The notes beneath the pieces were generated by a model. It was not told the DNA's origin, ran no database searches, and was given only the letters and a program-made list of their open reading frames with translations. From the NCBI GenBank assembly GCA_019746485.1, contig JAIERW010000005.1:15078-79077 (forward strand): 64,000 bases of DNA, in the 5' to 3' direction. The position numbers and the translations under genes were made by a program. This document shows, piece by piece, positions 9,182-18,045 of this stretch (positions are counted from its first letter, which is position 1; each line of letters opens with the position of its first letter). Source of the stretch: Candidatus Babeliales bacterium (GTDB lineage: Bacteria; Babelota; Babeliae; Babelales; RVW-14).

Positions 9182-9988
9182 CTACAAATCAAAAAGCTTA
9201 GTCGCGTTGACCGTTGTCTGACGCGCCAGCTCTTCCAAACTCACGCCTTTCAGATCAGCAATTGTTTGCGCAAAAAGTGGCAAATAGACCGGGCTGTTTT
9301 GCTTACCACGGTATTGCTGCGGCGGCAAAAACGGCGCATCAGTTTCTAAAATAATATGCTCAAGCGGCACAGCTTTTACAATTGCACGTAACTCATCATT
9401 TTTTGGATAGGTAATGGGCCCGTCAATGCCAATATAAAAACCCCAGCCCACAACAATGTCAGCAAAATCTTGTTTCTGACTAAAGCAATGGATAGTCGCT
9501 CCTTTTATTTCTTTAACATATTCTTCCAGCACTCTGAGCAATTCTTCACCAGCATCACGCACGTGAATAACCAACGGCAATTTATATTCAAGCGCCAATT
9601 CAATTTGCGCTTTAAAAGCATCAACTTGCCGTTGCGCATCAAACGGTTTATGATAAAAATCTAAACCAACTTCACCAATCGCTTTAATTTTATTTTCTTC
9701 TTTATTTTTTACCAACCGCACAATCTCTTCAAAATCTTTACGCCAGGTTGGCGTGCAGTCACACGGATGCAAACCAACTGTTGCATAAACATTATCAAAA
9801 CGCTGTGCCAGCGCTACTGAATTCATACTTTCTGGCACACTGGTACCAACGTTAATAATTTGAGTAACGCCAGCCCGCTTGGCTTGTTCTATAATATCGT
9901 GCACGAGCATAAAATGCTCTGGTTTAAGGAGCGTATCAAATTCTTTTTTTACCATCATGTTCAAATGGCAATGAGTGTCAACAAACAT
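9182..9988 (-). CDS. tatD: TatD-family metal-dependent hydrolase/DNase
   Basis: From the internal ATG at 9988 the protein starts MFVDTHCHLN. The family motifs GLHP, IGEVGLDFY, LPLVIHVRDA and LETDAPFLPP are present. The upstream 21 codons of the tracked ORF were discarded. Confidence 0.85.
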   Translation of the reverse strand: MFVDTHCHLNMMVKKEFDTLLKPEHFMLVHDIIEQAKRAGVTQIINVGTSVPESMNSVALAQRFDNVYATVGLHPCDCTPTWRKDFEEIVRLVKNKEENKIKAIGEVGLDFYHKPFDAQRQVDAFKAQIELALEYKLPLVIHVRDAGEELLRVLEEYVKEIKGATIHCFSQKQDFADIVVGWGFYIGIDGPITYPKNDELRAIVKAVPLEHIILETDAPFLPPQQYRGKQNSPVYLPLFAQTIADLKGVSLEELARQTTVNATKLFDL

Positions 9989-10197
9989 ATTTTTCCTTTT
10001 TGTGTACAAAAATGAATCAAAAAAATAAGTGTACCATGAGTAGCTTTTCAAAAAAATTAAAATTTTATTGATGCAAAAAACAACTTACATTCAGAAAAGA
10101 AAAATTAAACAATGGCCAAAACCCACATTTATTTTTCTTTAATAAATAATAATAATACAAAAAAGTAAGAAAAACATTTATGTCTTCGCTCTTTTTC

Positions 10198-10226
10198 TTG
10201 ACAAACCTGCAAACACAATCTAAATT
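10198..10226 (+). promoter_or_regulatory. candidate sigma-70 promoter for hup
   Basis: ttgaca (10198-10203), 17 nt spacer, taaatt (10221-10226), about 50 nt upstream of the hup ATG. Confidence 0.4.
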
Positions 10227-10277
10227 TCACACTGAAACGTAATGTTGATAAGTTACACTCTTTTTCGGGAGACCGTT

Positions 10278-10559
10278 ATGAACAAAAGCGAGTTGATCAA
10301 CGCGCTAAGCGAAGAAACCAACTTCAGCAAGAAAGATGTTGCAAAAGTACTTGCAGCATTCACACGCATCATTGAAAGAACACTTAAAAAAGGTGGTAAG
10401 GTTTCTTTGACAGGATTTGGTACGTACTGGACATCAAAGCGCCCAGCACGTGTTGGTATTAATCCAGCAACCAAAGAAAAAATCAACCTGCCTGCCATCA
10501 AGGTGCCTCGTTTCAAACCAGGCAAACATCTTAAAGAGCAAATCCGCTCAGGTTATTAA
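10278..10559 (+). CDS. hup: DNA-binding protein HU
   Basis: MNKSELINALSEE...KKDVAKVLAAFTRIIERTLKKGGKVSLTGFGTYWTSKRPARVGINPATKEKINLPAIKVPRFKPGKHLKE is canonical HU/IHF sequence. Start is taken at the ATG at 10278. Confidence 0.9.
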   Translation: MNKSELINALSEETNFSKKDVAKVLAAFTRIIERTLKKGGKVSLTGFGTYWTSKRPARVGINPATKEKINLPAIKVPRFKPGKHLKEQIRSGY

Positions 10560-10590
10560 TCGGCACATCAAGTCGTACACTAGCTACAAC

Positions 10591-11436
10591 ATGATACAGC
10601 ACAAAAAATGGAAAAGTTTAGGGCCGGTAGTTTTATCGGCCCTTTCTTTTGGAATCATCTTCGCCATGCTCGAGCCCTTGGCGCGCTTACTCGACCCATC
10701 GCTGACACTCTTTGCAAGCCGCGGCGCGGGCAAAATTGTTCAGACAATCTTGGCAATCAGCCACGTCTTGCTGCTACTCAGCTTGCAGCCGCTCAGTTTT
10801 TTAAGAACATGGTTTAAGCAAAACATTCGCTTTCTTGGTTCAACATCGTGGCTCAAAGATTTTTTTACTATGTTTATTATTTTCTTTACGCTGCACAGCG
10901 CCTTGCTTGGTGCTTTGTGGCTTGCTGGCTACACGCACATCAACCCTGCCTGGGGCAGCTTATCTCTTGGCTTGCTTGCAAGTATGGGCTTTGGTTTTTT
11001 GGCAACGTTCATGCTGGCATGGACCGAAGAGCTTATTTTTCGCGGCACGGTGCTACCGTTTCTTAAACAATTTTTGAGCCCGCTAGAAAGTATCTTTTGG
11101 TCGGCACTGGTATTTATGCTGTGCCACGACTTTTCAAATCCGCTCAACCTGCTCACAGTTGATTATAAACTTGGGCTGGGTCTCTTTTTGCTGGGCTTTA
11201 TGCTCGCACTCATTTTTCATATTTCCGGCAAGCTGTATGCCGGCATGGGCGCGCACGCGGGGCTAGTGTTTGTTAAAGTAATTATGCGCCGCGCGCCATT
11301 ACTGATTTACCTGCCCGCAAGCCAGCTGCCATGGTTTGTAAATGCAGATCTGCGACAATCATTTTTAGTACACGCACTCTTTGTACTCGTTATCATTTCT
11401 CTCATGATCGCGTACCGCGATCGCCTCAAAAACTAA
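10591..11436 (+). CDS. CPBP-family intramembrane glutamic endopeptidase (CAAX protease-like)
   Basis: Polytopic membrane protein with the motifs WTEELIFRG and FMLCHDF. Start is moved to the ATG at 10591 (MIQHKKWKSL), because the longer tracked ORF overlaps hup in another frame. Confidence 0.7.
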   Translation: MIQHKKWKSLGPVVLSALSFGIIFAMLEPLARLLDPSLTLFASRGAGKIVQTILAISHVLLLLSLQPLSFLRTWFKQNIRFLGSTSWLKDFFTMFIIFFTLHSALLGALWLAGYTHINPAWGSLSLGLLASMGFGFLATFMLAWTEELIFRGTVLPFLKQFLSPLESIFWSALVFMLCHDFSNPLNLLTVDYKLGLGLFLLGFMLALIFHISGKLYAGMGAHAGLVFVKVIMRRAPLLIYLPASQLPWFVNADLRQSFLVHALFVLVIISLMIAYRDRLKN

Positions 11437-12542
11437 GAAAAAAAGCGCCGCATGGCAATATTGTTTAACCAGCCAAGGCTTGCCAAGGTAATCCACAAGT
11501 TACTAATGCCATAACTCAGCAGTGGCAACGATTGACCAACAATAGGCAGCAGGCCCACCACCATGCCAATGTTTATGCAGACCGAAAGCAGAATGTGCAT
11601 GATCAAACCAAGCGAAATAATTTGATTGGCAAACGAGGGTATTTGAAAAATCAAATAAATCAGCCGTACGCACAACAGCGCAAAAAGAAAAATAAGAAAG
11701 CAGGCGCCCAGCAAGCCCCACTCTTCACAAATAACTGAAAAAATAAAATCGTTATGATCTTCAGGCAAAAAGCCCAGCTTGCTCTGCGTGCCTTGCAAAA
11801 AACCTTTTCCCAAAACACCGCCCGAGCCAATCGCAATTTTTGACTGCTCAATTTGATAACGTTCGCGCTTAACATCGCCATACCCAAACAGTACCAAAAT
11901 GCGGCGCTGCTGGTAAGGTTTAAGACAGGTCCACAACACCGGCGTTCCTAAAATTGAAACCAAAACAGCAATAACAAAAAACTTGCGCGGCATGCCAATA
12001 AACCAAAACAAAATGAGACCAGAAAACAAAACAATCAACGCGGTACCCAAGTCGGGCTGGCGCGAAATTAAAACAAAGCTCACGAGCAAAATAAAAAGCG
12101 GATACCAAAACTGCTGCATGGTGTACCGCTGGCCGTCGTCACGCGCCACATTATTAAATTCAGTAAAACAGTAGGCAACAAAAAGTGGGAATATTAGTTT
12201 GGTAAGCTCGGACGGCTGAAAGCGAAAGAGATACAGCGAGATCCAGCGCTGAGCGCCCATGCCTACCCAGCCGCCAACAACGGTATAAAGTAGCAGGGCC
12301 AAAATACCAAAGTAAGCCAAATAACCAGCCTGAAGTATTTTGCGCAAATCTACCAGGCACATAACCACATAAATTACCAGGCCAGAAATAACCCCGAACA
12401 GCTGTTTTTTAAAAAACATCGAACAGGGTTTTTCAACTTGATAGGTTGAGCTGAAAACAAACAATAAACCAATGCTCAACAAAATAAGCGTAACAATAAA
12501 ATTAACCCAATCGAAATGACGCATAATACGTTTATCAAACAT
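11433..12542 (-). CDS. rodA: SEDS-family peptidoglycan polymerase (RodA/FtsW)
   Basis: 369 aa with about 10 TM segments. Motifs FQPSELTKL, RQPDLGTALI, LPEDHNDFIFSVICEEWGLLG and GLLPIVGQSLPLLSYG. It does not lie in a dcw cluster, so RodA is favoured over FtsW, but only weakly. Confidence 0.65.
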   Translation of the reverse strand: MFDKRIMRHFDWVNFIVTLILLSIGLLFVFSSTYQVEKPCSMFFKKQLFGVISGLVIYVVMCLVDLRKILQAGYLAYFGILALLLYTVVGGWVGMGAQRWISLYLFRFQPSELTKLIFPLFVAYCFTEFNNVARDDGQRYTMQQFWYPLFILLVSFVLISRQPDLGTALIVLFSGLILFWFIGMPRKFFVIAVLVSILGTPVLWTCLKPYQQRRILVLFGYGDVKRERYQIEQSKIAIGSGGVLGKGFLQGTQSKLGFLPEDHNDFIFSVICEEWGLLGACFLIFLFALLCVRLIYLIFQIPSFANQIISLGLIMHILLSVCINIGMVVGLLPIVGQSLPLLSYGISNLWITLASLGWLNNIAMRRFFS

Positions 12543-12635
12543 ACTCTCTCACTACTACTTTTTACGGTACCAACACTTGTTCATCGCAAGTTCTTAGTAT
12601 ATCCTTGCGCTAGAACAATTTAAAGGACTCACCAC

Positions 12636-15356
12636 ATGATCCCTCGTAAGCTAACGCTAAAAAACTTTTTGTGCTACGGCGACACGGCACAAGAAATAGA
12701 TTTTAAAGATTATTCCCTGATCTGCCTTTCGGGAAAAAATGGTTATGGCAAATCTGCTTTGCTAGACGCCATGACCTGGGCGGTGTGGGGCCAAGCACGC
12801 AAAGTTACCGGCGCCATAAAAGCCGACGACGGGTTGCTGCGCCTGGGCCAGAGCCGCATGATGGTGAGTTTTGAATTTGAACTGGGCAACAAGCGCTACC
12901 ACGTACGCCGCGAATTTGCCAAAACATATGGCAAGCCGTACGCAGCACTGGACTTTGAAGTTTTTGAAGAGCAGGCACAGCGTTTTGTTTCGTTAACCGA
13001 CAAAACAATTAAACAAACGCAAGACAAAATTGACGCAACTATCGGTTTAGATTTTGATACGTTTCTCAACTCGGCGTTTTTACGCCAAAACCAATCTAAC
13101 GAGTTTTCCAAAAAAACACCCAAAGAGCGTAAACAAATTTTGGCCAACATTTTGGGCCTAAGTAAATACGATCTGTTGCAGCAAGCAGCACTAGATAAAG
13201 CAAAAAAATTTATTGACGACATCAAGTTTATTCAAAAACTGCAGGAACAGTACCTGCTCGAGCTTGAAAAAAAACCGGTTGTTGAACAAACTGCCAGTGA
13301 TACAAAAAAAAATCTTATCGCACTCAGCTCTGAGCTTGACCACCAACACAAGCAGTTAATTGCCTTGCAGCAGCAAGAGCAACAGCTGGTGGACCAGCAG
13401 CGCCAGTACGAGTTTTTGACGCAACAGAACGAAACGTTGGCCAAGAAAGCAACACTCAAAAAGGCAGAACTCTTAGAACTACGCGCCGCCTGGCAAACCG
13501 CACACCGCAACGCCCTGCATTTGCCTGATACCAAAAAGCTGGAAGCTAAAAAACAATACCTGCGCGAACAAGAAAAAATTTTTATTACGCAACAACAAGC
13601 TGGCTTGGCTCTGCACGAGCATATTTTACAAAAAAAAGAGAACTACCAAAAAGTAGCACTGGCCTGGCAGCAAGAACAGGAAAAAACGCTGCAGGAGCTG
13701 CGCCGTACACGCGAACGCGCCGAGCTTGAAACAAAGCACTTGGCAACACAGCTGACCAGCAAACAGCGCGAAGCTGGCGAGCGGCAAGCACTCTTAAAAC
13801 AAACAAGCAACTCAATAAAAGAGCTTGCCCAAAAACTGCAAGAAAAGCAGATATTTACACAACAATTTCAGGCACTCAAAAGCCAGTTTGATAAACGACG
13901 TACGTTTTATAACACGCTCGTTCAGCGCGGCAATTATGCCAAAAACACGATTGGCGAGCTTGATCACAAAAAAAAGGCAGTCGACGACCAAACAAGCCCT
14001 TCTTGCCCACTCTGCTTACAAATTTTAACAGCAAAGCGTAAGCAATTTTTGAGCGTGCAATTTAGCAAAGAAGATGATTTTTTAAAGCACCGGCTTACCC
14101 GCGTTACAAACATTATCAAAAAACTTAAGCAGCTGTTGCTCGCCCAACACGAGCAGGTACAGCAGCAAACAGCCAAAGCTGAACAGTTTGCACACCTGCA
14201 GGCACAGCACGAAGAACTAGTAAAAAAAGAAGCACAGCTGATGCAGGAATGTAGCCAACTTGAGCAAGCAAGCGCTCTCTTGCTGCAACAGCACGCACAA
14301 CGTGAGCTTGAATGCACGCAACTGACCAACGCGTATGCTGAACAAGAGAAAGCATTTAGCAAAGAAAGCCCTAAAGCTAAAGAGCTTGAAACTCTCGCCC
14401 AAGAAATTAAAAAATTGGTAACCGAAAAAGAGCAGACGGCTCTTGACCAAAAAGCATATGCTCAGCTGCAAGAAGCGATCAAAAAAATTGAAGCCGCTTG
14501 CCAGCAGGTTCAGGCAACGCAGCACGATCTTGGCAAGCAAGAAAGCCGCAAAGAGCGTGTTACTCAAATTTGTAGCGAACTCAAAGAAGATAAACAACAA
14601 GTAGCCGAGCTTGAACTGCGCATTAAACAACTTGCTTTTAACCCACAAACAGCACTAGCCATGAGCACGACCATTGCTAACTTGGCACAGCAAGCAAGCA
14701 AACTTTCACAAGAAAAAGAACAGCTCTTACAAACACTTGGCCGCTTAGAAAACGAATTGCAACGGCTTGAAAAAGTAAAAAAAGAGCAGATCGACAATAT
14801 TAACAAACTCAATAAGCTTGAAGAAGAACGCGATGAGTACCAAATTATTGCGCAAGCATTTAGCAAAAATGGTATTCAGGCACTGCTAATCGAAGAAGCT
14901 ATTCCTGAAGTTGAAGAAGAAGCAAACGCTATTCTTGGACAACTGACCAACAATCAATCCCAAATTTTTATAGAATCGTTGCATGATTTAAAAAGTGGTG
15001 GCGTTAAAGAAACCTTGGTAATAAAAATTTCTGATGCTGCCGGCATGCGGCCGTACGAGATGTTTTCTGGCGGCGAGGCATTTCGCATTGATTTTGCGTT
15101 ACGCATAGCCATTTCTAAATTGCTGGCACGCCGAGCCGGCACAGCACTACAAACACTCATTATCGACGAAGGCTTTGGCTCGCAAGACGAAGAAGGGCTA
15201 GCACGGCTTATGAATGCCATTCACGCAATTCAACATGATTTTTCGCGGATTATAATCGTTTCGCATCTGCCAGAATTTAAAGATAATTTTCCGGTCCACT
15301 TTATTGTGGAAAAAGGACCAAGCGGTTCTCAGGTTCACATTGAAGAACGCGGCTAG
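12636..15356 (+). CDS. sbcC: SbcC/Rad50-like SMC-type ATPase (exonuclease subunit C)
   Basis: N-terminal Walker A LSGKNGYGKSALLDAMTWAVWG. A long Q/E/K coiled coil has a central zinc hook CPLC (14004-14015). The C-terminus has the signature FSGGEAFRIDFALRIA and Walker B LIIDEGFGSQD. Confidence 0.8.
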   Translation: MIPRKLTLKNFLCYGDTAQEIDFKDYSLICLSGKNGYGKSALLDAMTWAVWGQARKVTGAIKADDGLLRLGQSRMMVSFEFELGNKRYHVRREFAKTYGKPYAALDFEVFEEQAQRFVSLTDKTIKQTQDKIDATIGLDFDTFLNSAFLRQNQSNEFSKKTPKERKQILANILGLSKYDLLQQAALDKAKKFIDDIKFIQKLQEQYLLELEKKPVVEQTASDTKKNLIALSSELDHQHKQLIALQQQEQQLVDQQRQYEFLTQQNETLAKKATLKKAELLELRAAWQTAHRNALHLPDTKKLEAKKQYLREQEKIFITQQQAGLALHEHILQKKENYQKVALAWQQEQEKTLQELRRTRERAELETKHLATQLTSKQREAGERQALLKQTSNSIKELAQKLQEKQIFTQQFQALKSQFDKRRTFYNTLVQRGNYAKNTIGELDHKKKAVDDQTSPSCPLCLQILTAKRKQFLSVQFSKEDDFLKHRLTRVTNIIKKLKQLLLAQHEQVQQQTAKAEQFAHLQAQHEELVKKEAQLMQECSQLEQASALLLQQHAQRELECTQLTNAYAEQEKAFSKESPKAKELETLAQEIKKLVTEKEQTALDQKAYAQLQEAIKKIEAACQQVQATQHDLGKQESRKERVTQICSELKEDKQQVAELELRIKQLAFNPQTALAMSTTIANLAQQASKLSQEKEQLLQTLGRLENELQRLEKVKKEQIDNINKLNKLEEERDEYQIIAQAFSKNGIQALLIEEAIPEVEEEANAILGQLTNNQSQIFIESLHDLKSGGVKETLVIKISDAAGMRPYEMFSGGEAFRIDFALRIAISKLLARRAGTALQTLIIDEGFGSQDEEGLARLMNAIHAIQHDFSRIIIVSHLPEFKDNFPVHFIVEKGPSGSQVHIEERG

Positions 15357-15452
15357 TAAGCTACCCAAATAATCTCTTTTTTTGAACAATTGATTTTGGC
15401 AACCAAGAGGCGCTACGATCATTTTTTCTAGGTCTAAAAAAAGGAGATTTCT

Positions 15453-15662
15453 ATGTTGTTGTCAATGCTCGAAAAACCAGTAGAAACCATTACACAAGAA
15501 ACACAAGGCGTTGTGAGTGGTGCTATCAATTCAATTTACAACATGATTTTGGGCGCTCTTATTCTTAAAATTGCCGTAGCCATTGCTATTGTTATTGGGG
15601 TTGGCGCCGTTATTTATTGGGTTTTAAAAACCTGTAACCATAAGAATAAGCGCAAACGATAG
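15453..15662 (+). CDS. small hydrophobic protein (hypothetical)
   Basis: 69 aa with RBS aaaggag upstream, one or two TM segments (ILGALILKIAVAIAIVIGVGAVIYWVL) and a basic C-terminus. There are no recognisable motifs. Confidence 0.45.
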   Translation: MLLSMLEKPVETITQETQGVVSGAINSIYNMILGALILKIAVAIAIVIGVGAVIYWVLKTCNHKNKRKR

Positions 15663-15811
15663 ACATAAAAAAAGAGGGGTCCGTATCTGACCGATACTTC
15701 CCCCCCCCAAAAGAAAATAGGAGTAATAAACCCAGCTTACCAAAGCCAACAACGCTGTCAAAAGCTGGGCTCAAAGTACCAAAATACCCTTATTTTTAAA
15801 GGATTTAGCTC

Positions 15812-16954
15812 GTGAAAAGGAACAACTACTCCCCCTTTTTTACCGCCTTACTGCTCTTAGCAGCTTTCTGGCCTTTTGTCTCTCTGGGCCAAGAAGTGCT
15901 CCCACAACCCTGGACAACCAGCACCAATGAAATTGTTTTTGGCCAATCAGGCTCTTTTTCTGGCTCATTGGGCCTGTACGGCACCATTATTAAAAACGCA
16001 ATACAGCTTTGTTTTGATGCAGCAAACGAGCAAGGCGGCGTTAACGGCTATAAGTTGCGCCTAGAAAGCATGGAAGACAACGGCGATCCAGCACAAGCGG
16101 CCAATAACATTGCCCAATTGCGTGCCAAGGGCATTGATATGTTTTTGGGCAATATGGGCAGCCGCAGCATCGTAAAACTCTTGCCACAAATTGAAGCACA
16201 CGATATTGCTTTATTCTTTCCGTGGGGCGGCGACGAACAGCTCAGAAGCCAAAAGCTTTCTAGCATGATTAACGGACCAGGGCTTTTGGAGCCACAAATA
16301 AAAACGTTAGTCGACCATATTGTTAATAACGTCAAACAAAAAAAGATCGCTGTTTTTTACGCAGATGATGATTTTTCAGTCGGCGCAAAAGATGATCTGG
16401 TAGCTCAATTGAGTAGGCACGGCATTACACCAGTAGCACTCACTTCGTACAACCGTTTTACCATGGACATTGTTGCGGCAGCAGATCCACTGATCCAAAC
16501 AGACCCCAAGCTGGTAATATGCATTGCAACCAGTATGCCAACGGTACGCTTAATCAAGCATTTTTTTGAGCGCGGACATTACGCAACAACATTTTTTGGC
16601 ATCGATTCAACGTTGTTTGTAGGCAATATTCTGCAATCAAAGGGCATTGATTTTTACTATACATCGGCCACGCCAGACCCAGTTGCAAGCCAACTTTCTA
16701 TTGCAAGGCAGTACCGCGAAGACTTGAAACAATATATGCCAACCGAAACGCCCAACATTCTTTCGTTTACGTATTACCTAAGTGCCGCAATTATTGTTGA
16801 TGCACTCAAAAAACTAGACGGTCAACTAACCAAAGAAAACATTATTAACCAGATCGAAAACATGCAAAATTATAACCTTGGCGGATTTATGGTTAACTTT
16901 GACGCATCAACACGGCACGCTTACGGAAATCAAATTACGTTGATAAAAGGATAA
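15812..16954 (+). CDS. periplasmic binding protein, type I (LivK / ANF-receptor family), secreted
   Basis: GTG start with RBS aaagga. Signal peptide FFTALLLLAAFWPFVSLG. IVFGQSGSFSGSLGLYGTIIKNAIQLCFDAANEQGGVNGYKLRLESMEDNGDPAQAANNIAQL is typical of Leu/Ile/Val-binding-protein-like PBPs. Confidence 0.7.
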   Translation: MKRNNYSPFFTALLLLAAFWPFVSLGQEVLPQPWTTSTNEIVFGQSGSFSGSLGLYGTIIKNAIQLCFDAANEQGGVNGYKLRLESMEDNGDPAQAANNIAQLRAKGIDMFLGNMGSRSIVKLLPQIEAHDIALFFPWGGDEQLRSQKLSSMINGPGLLEPQIKTLVDHIVNNVKQKKIAVFYADDDFSVGAKDDLVAQLSRHGITPVALTSYNRFTMDIVAAADPLIQTDPKLVICIATSMPTVRLIKHFFERGHYATTFFGIDSTLFVGNILQSKGIDFYYTSATPDPVASQLSIARQYREDLKQYMPTETPNILSFTYYLSAAIIVDALKKLDGQLTKENIINQIENMQNYNLGGFMVNFDASTRHAYGNQITLIKG

Positions 16955-16957
16955 GTA

Positions 16958-18043
16958 ATGTTTGACTCACTTTTTGAAAAAACGCGTTATGCCAAAGTAC
17001 AGCTCACGGTAACTACGTTGGCAGCTCTTTACATTTTTCTCATTATTTTGGTGCAATATCGTCAAGAGTTTTACCCAGAACCAATCCCCACCCTGCTTGA
17101 AGTCAGCGTAGAAGAAAAAAAACTTGCTTCACGGATAGAAACCGGCATACACATTAATCATTTCCAAGAGTTTTCTTTCACCAAAAACAAATTTATTCTT
17201 GATGCTATTGTTTGGTTTAAATTTGCAAAAACTACCGAATCGCTGGCAACACTGCAACGCTTTATCATAAAAAATGGCGAACTTCTTGAAACTGAACGGC
17301 TCATTATGCTTTCAGAACCTATTATCAAAATACTTGGCGATGACGTATTGGTCTGCTTTCATGTGTACACCAAATTTATGGCCAATATTCACTACAAGCG
17401 CTTTCCCATAAGCGATCATCGGCTCAATATTATACTTGAAAACCGCTCGGTAACGGCACGCGAAATGTATTTTGAGTCCTCACCTGAAAACATTGCGCTT
17501 TCTGATGATATTTTAGTAAAAAACTGGGAGCCAAAAGCAAAACATACCGTAACTGGCTTTACACAAGCAAATCTTAAAGAATCAGATCCCGCTATGGAAA
17601 TTAACTATCCTGCTGTTGTTTTTTCTATCGACTTTAAAAGCATTGGCGCTCGCGATGTTATTTCTTTGTACTTCCCGCTCTTTGTAATCTTTTTTATTGG
17701 CTTGCTTTCACTCACCGTTAACATTATTAACTCGGTACGCTTGGGCATTATTGCCTCTTCATTGCCCATCTTAGTACTTTTTAGAATGGTTATCGATAAT
17801 ACATCACCAGCAGTTGGCAACACCACCCATATTGATTTTATTTTTTACGCCATCGTCTTTCTGTCATTGCTTATTTTGTTTTTTCAAACGTACGTTATGC
17901 TCGAATTGCAACGCATTAAAGATGTTGAACCAGGCAACACCGCAGAAAAAGCCATGGACAGTCTGGAAAAGCTGAACAACAATATTTTCTTTGGTATTAT
18001 CTTCTTGCTTGTGTGCCTGGTCACCTATAACTACTTTAGATAG
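16958..18043 (+). CDS. pentameric ligand-gated ion channel (Cys-loop/pLGIC, GLIC/ELIC-like) homolog
   Basis: An N-terminal signal-anchor is followed by a beta-rich domain. Motifs are ETGIHINHFQEFSFTKNKFILDAIVWFKF (compare GLIC TGIYLIECYSLDDKAETFKVNAFLSLSW) and YKRFPISDHRLNIILENRS (compare YPFDSQTLHIYLIVRS). Four TM helices follow, with an M2-like segment VRLGIIASSLPILVLFRMVIDNTSP. The comparison to GLIC is from memory. Confidence 0.65.
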   Translation: MFDSLFEKTRYAKVQLTVTTLAALYIFLIILVQYRQEFYPEPIPTLLEVSVEEKKLASRIETGIHINHFQEFSFTKNKFILDAIVWFKFAKTTESLATLQRFIIKNGELLETERLIMLSEPIIKILGDDVLVCFHVYTKFMANIHYKRFPISDHRLNIILENRSVTAREMYFESSPENIALSDDILVKNWEPKAKHTVTGFTQANLKESDPAMEINYPAVVFSIDFKSIGARDVISLYFPLFVIFFIGLLSLTVNIINSVRLGIIASSLPILVLFRMVIDNTSPAVGNTTHIDFIFYAIVFLSLLILFFQTYVMLELQRIKDVEPGNTAEKAMDSLEKLNNNIFFGIIFLLVCLVTYNYFR

Positions 18044-18045
18044 TA

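Noticed and set aside
10417-10590. N-terminal extension of the CPBP protease ORF overlapping hup
   Set aside because: The extension overlaps the highly conserved HU gene in another frame and encodes low-complexity basic sequence. The ATG at 10591 gives a normal membrane-protein N-terminus.
13232-14866. Series of minus-strand ORFs of 100-143 aa inside sbcC
   Set aside because: These are shadow ORFs of the Q/E/K/L-rich coiled-coil region of sbcC. Their translations are Cys/Ser-rich nonsense.
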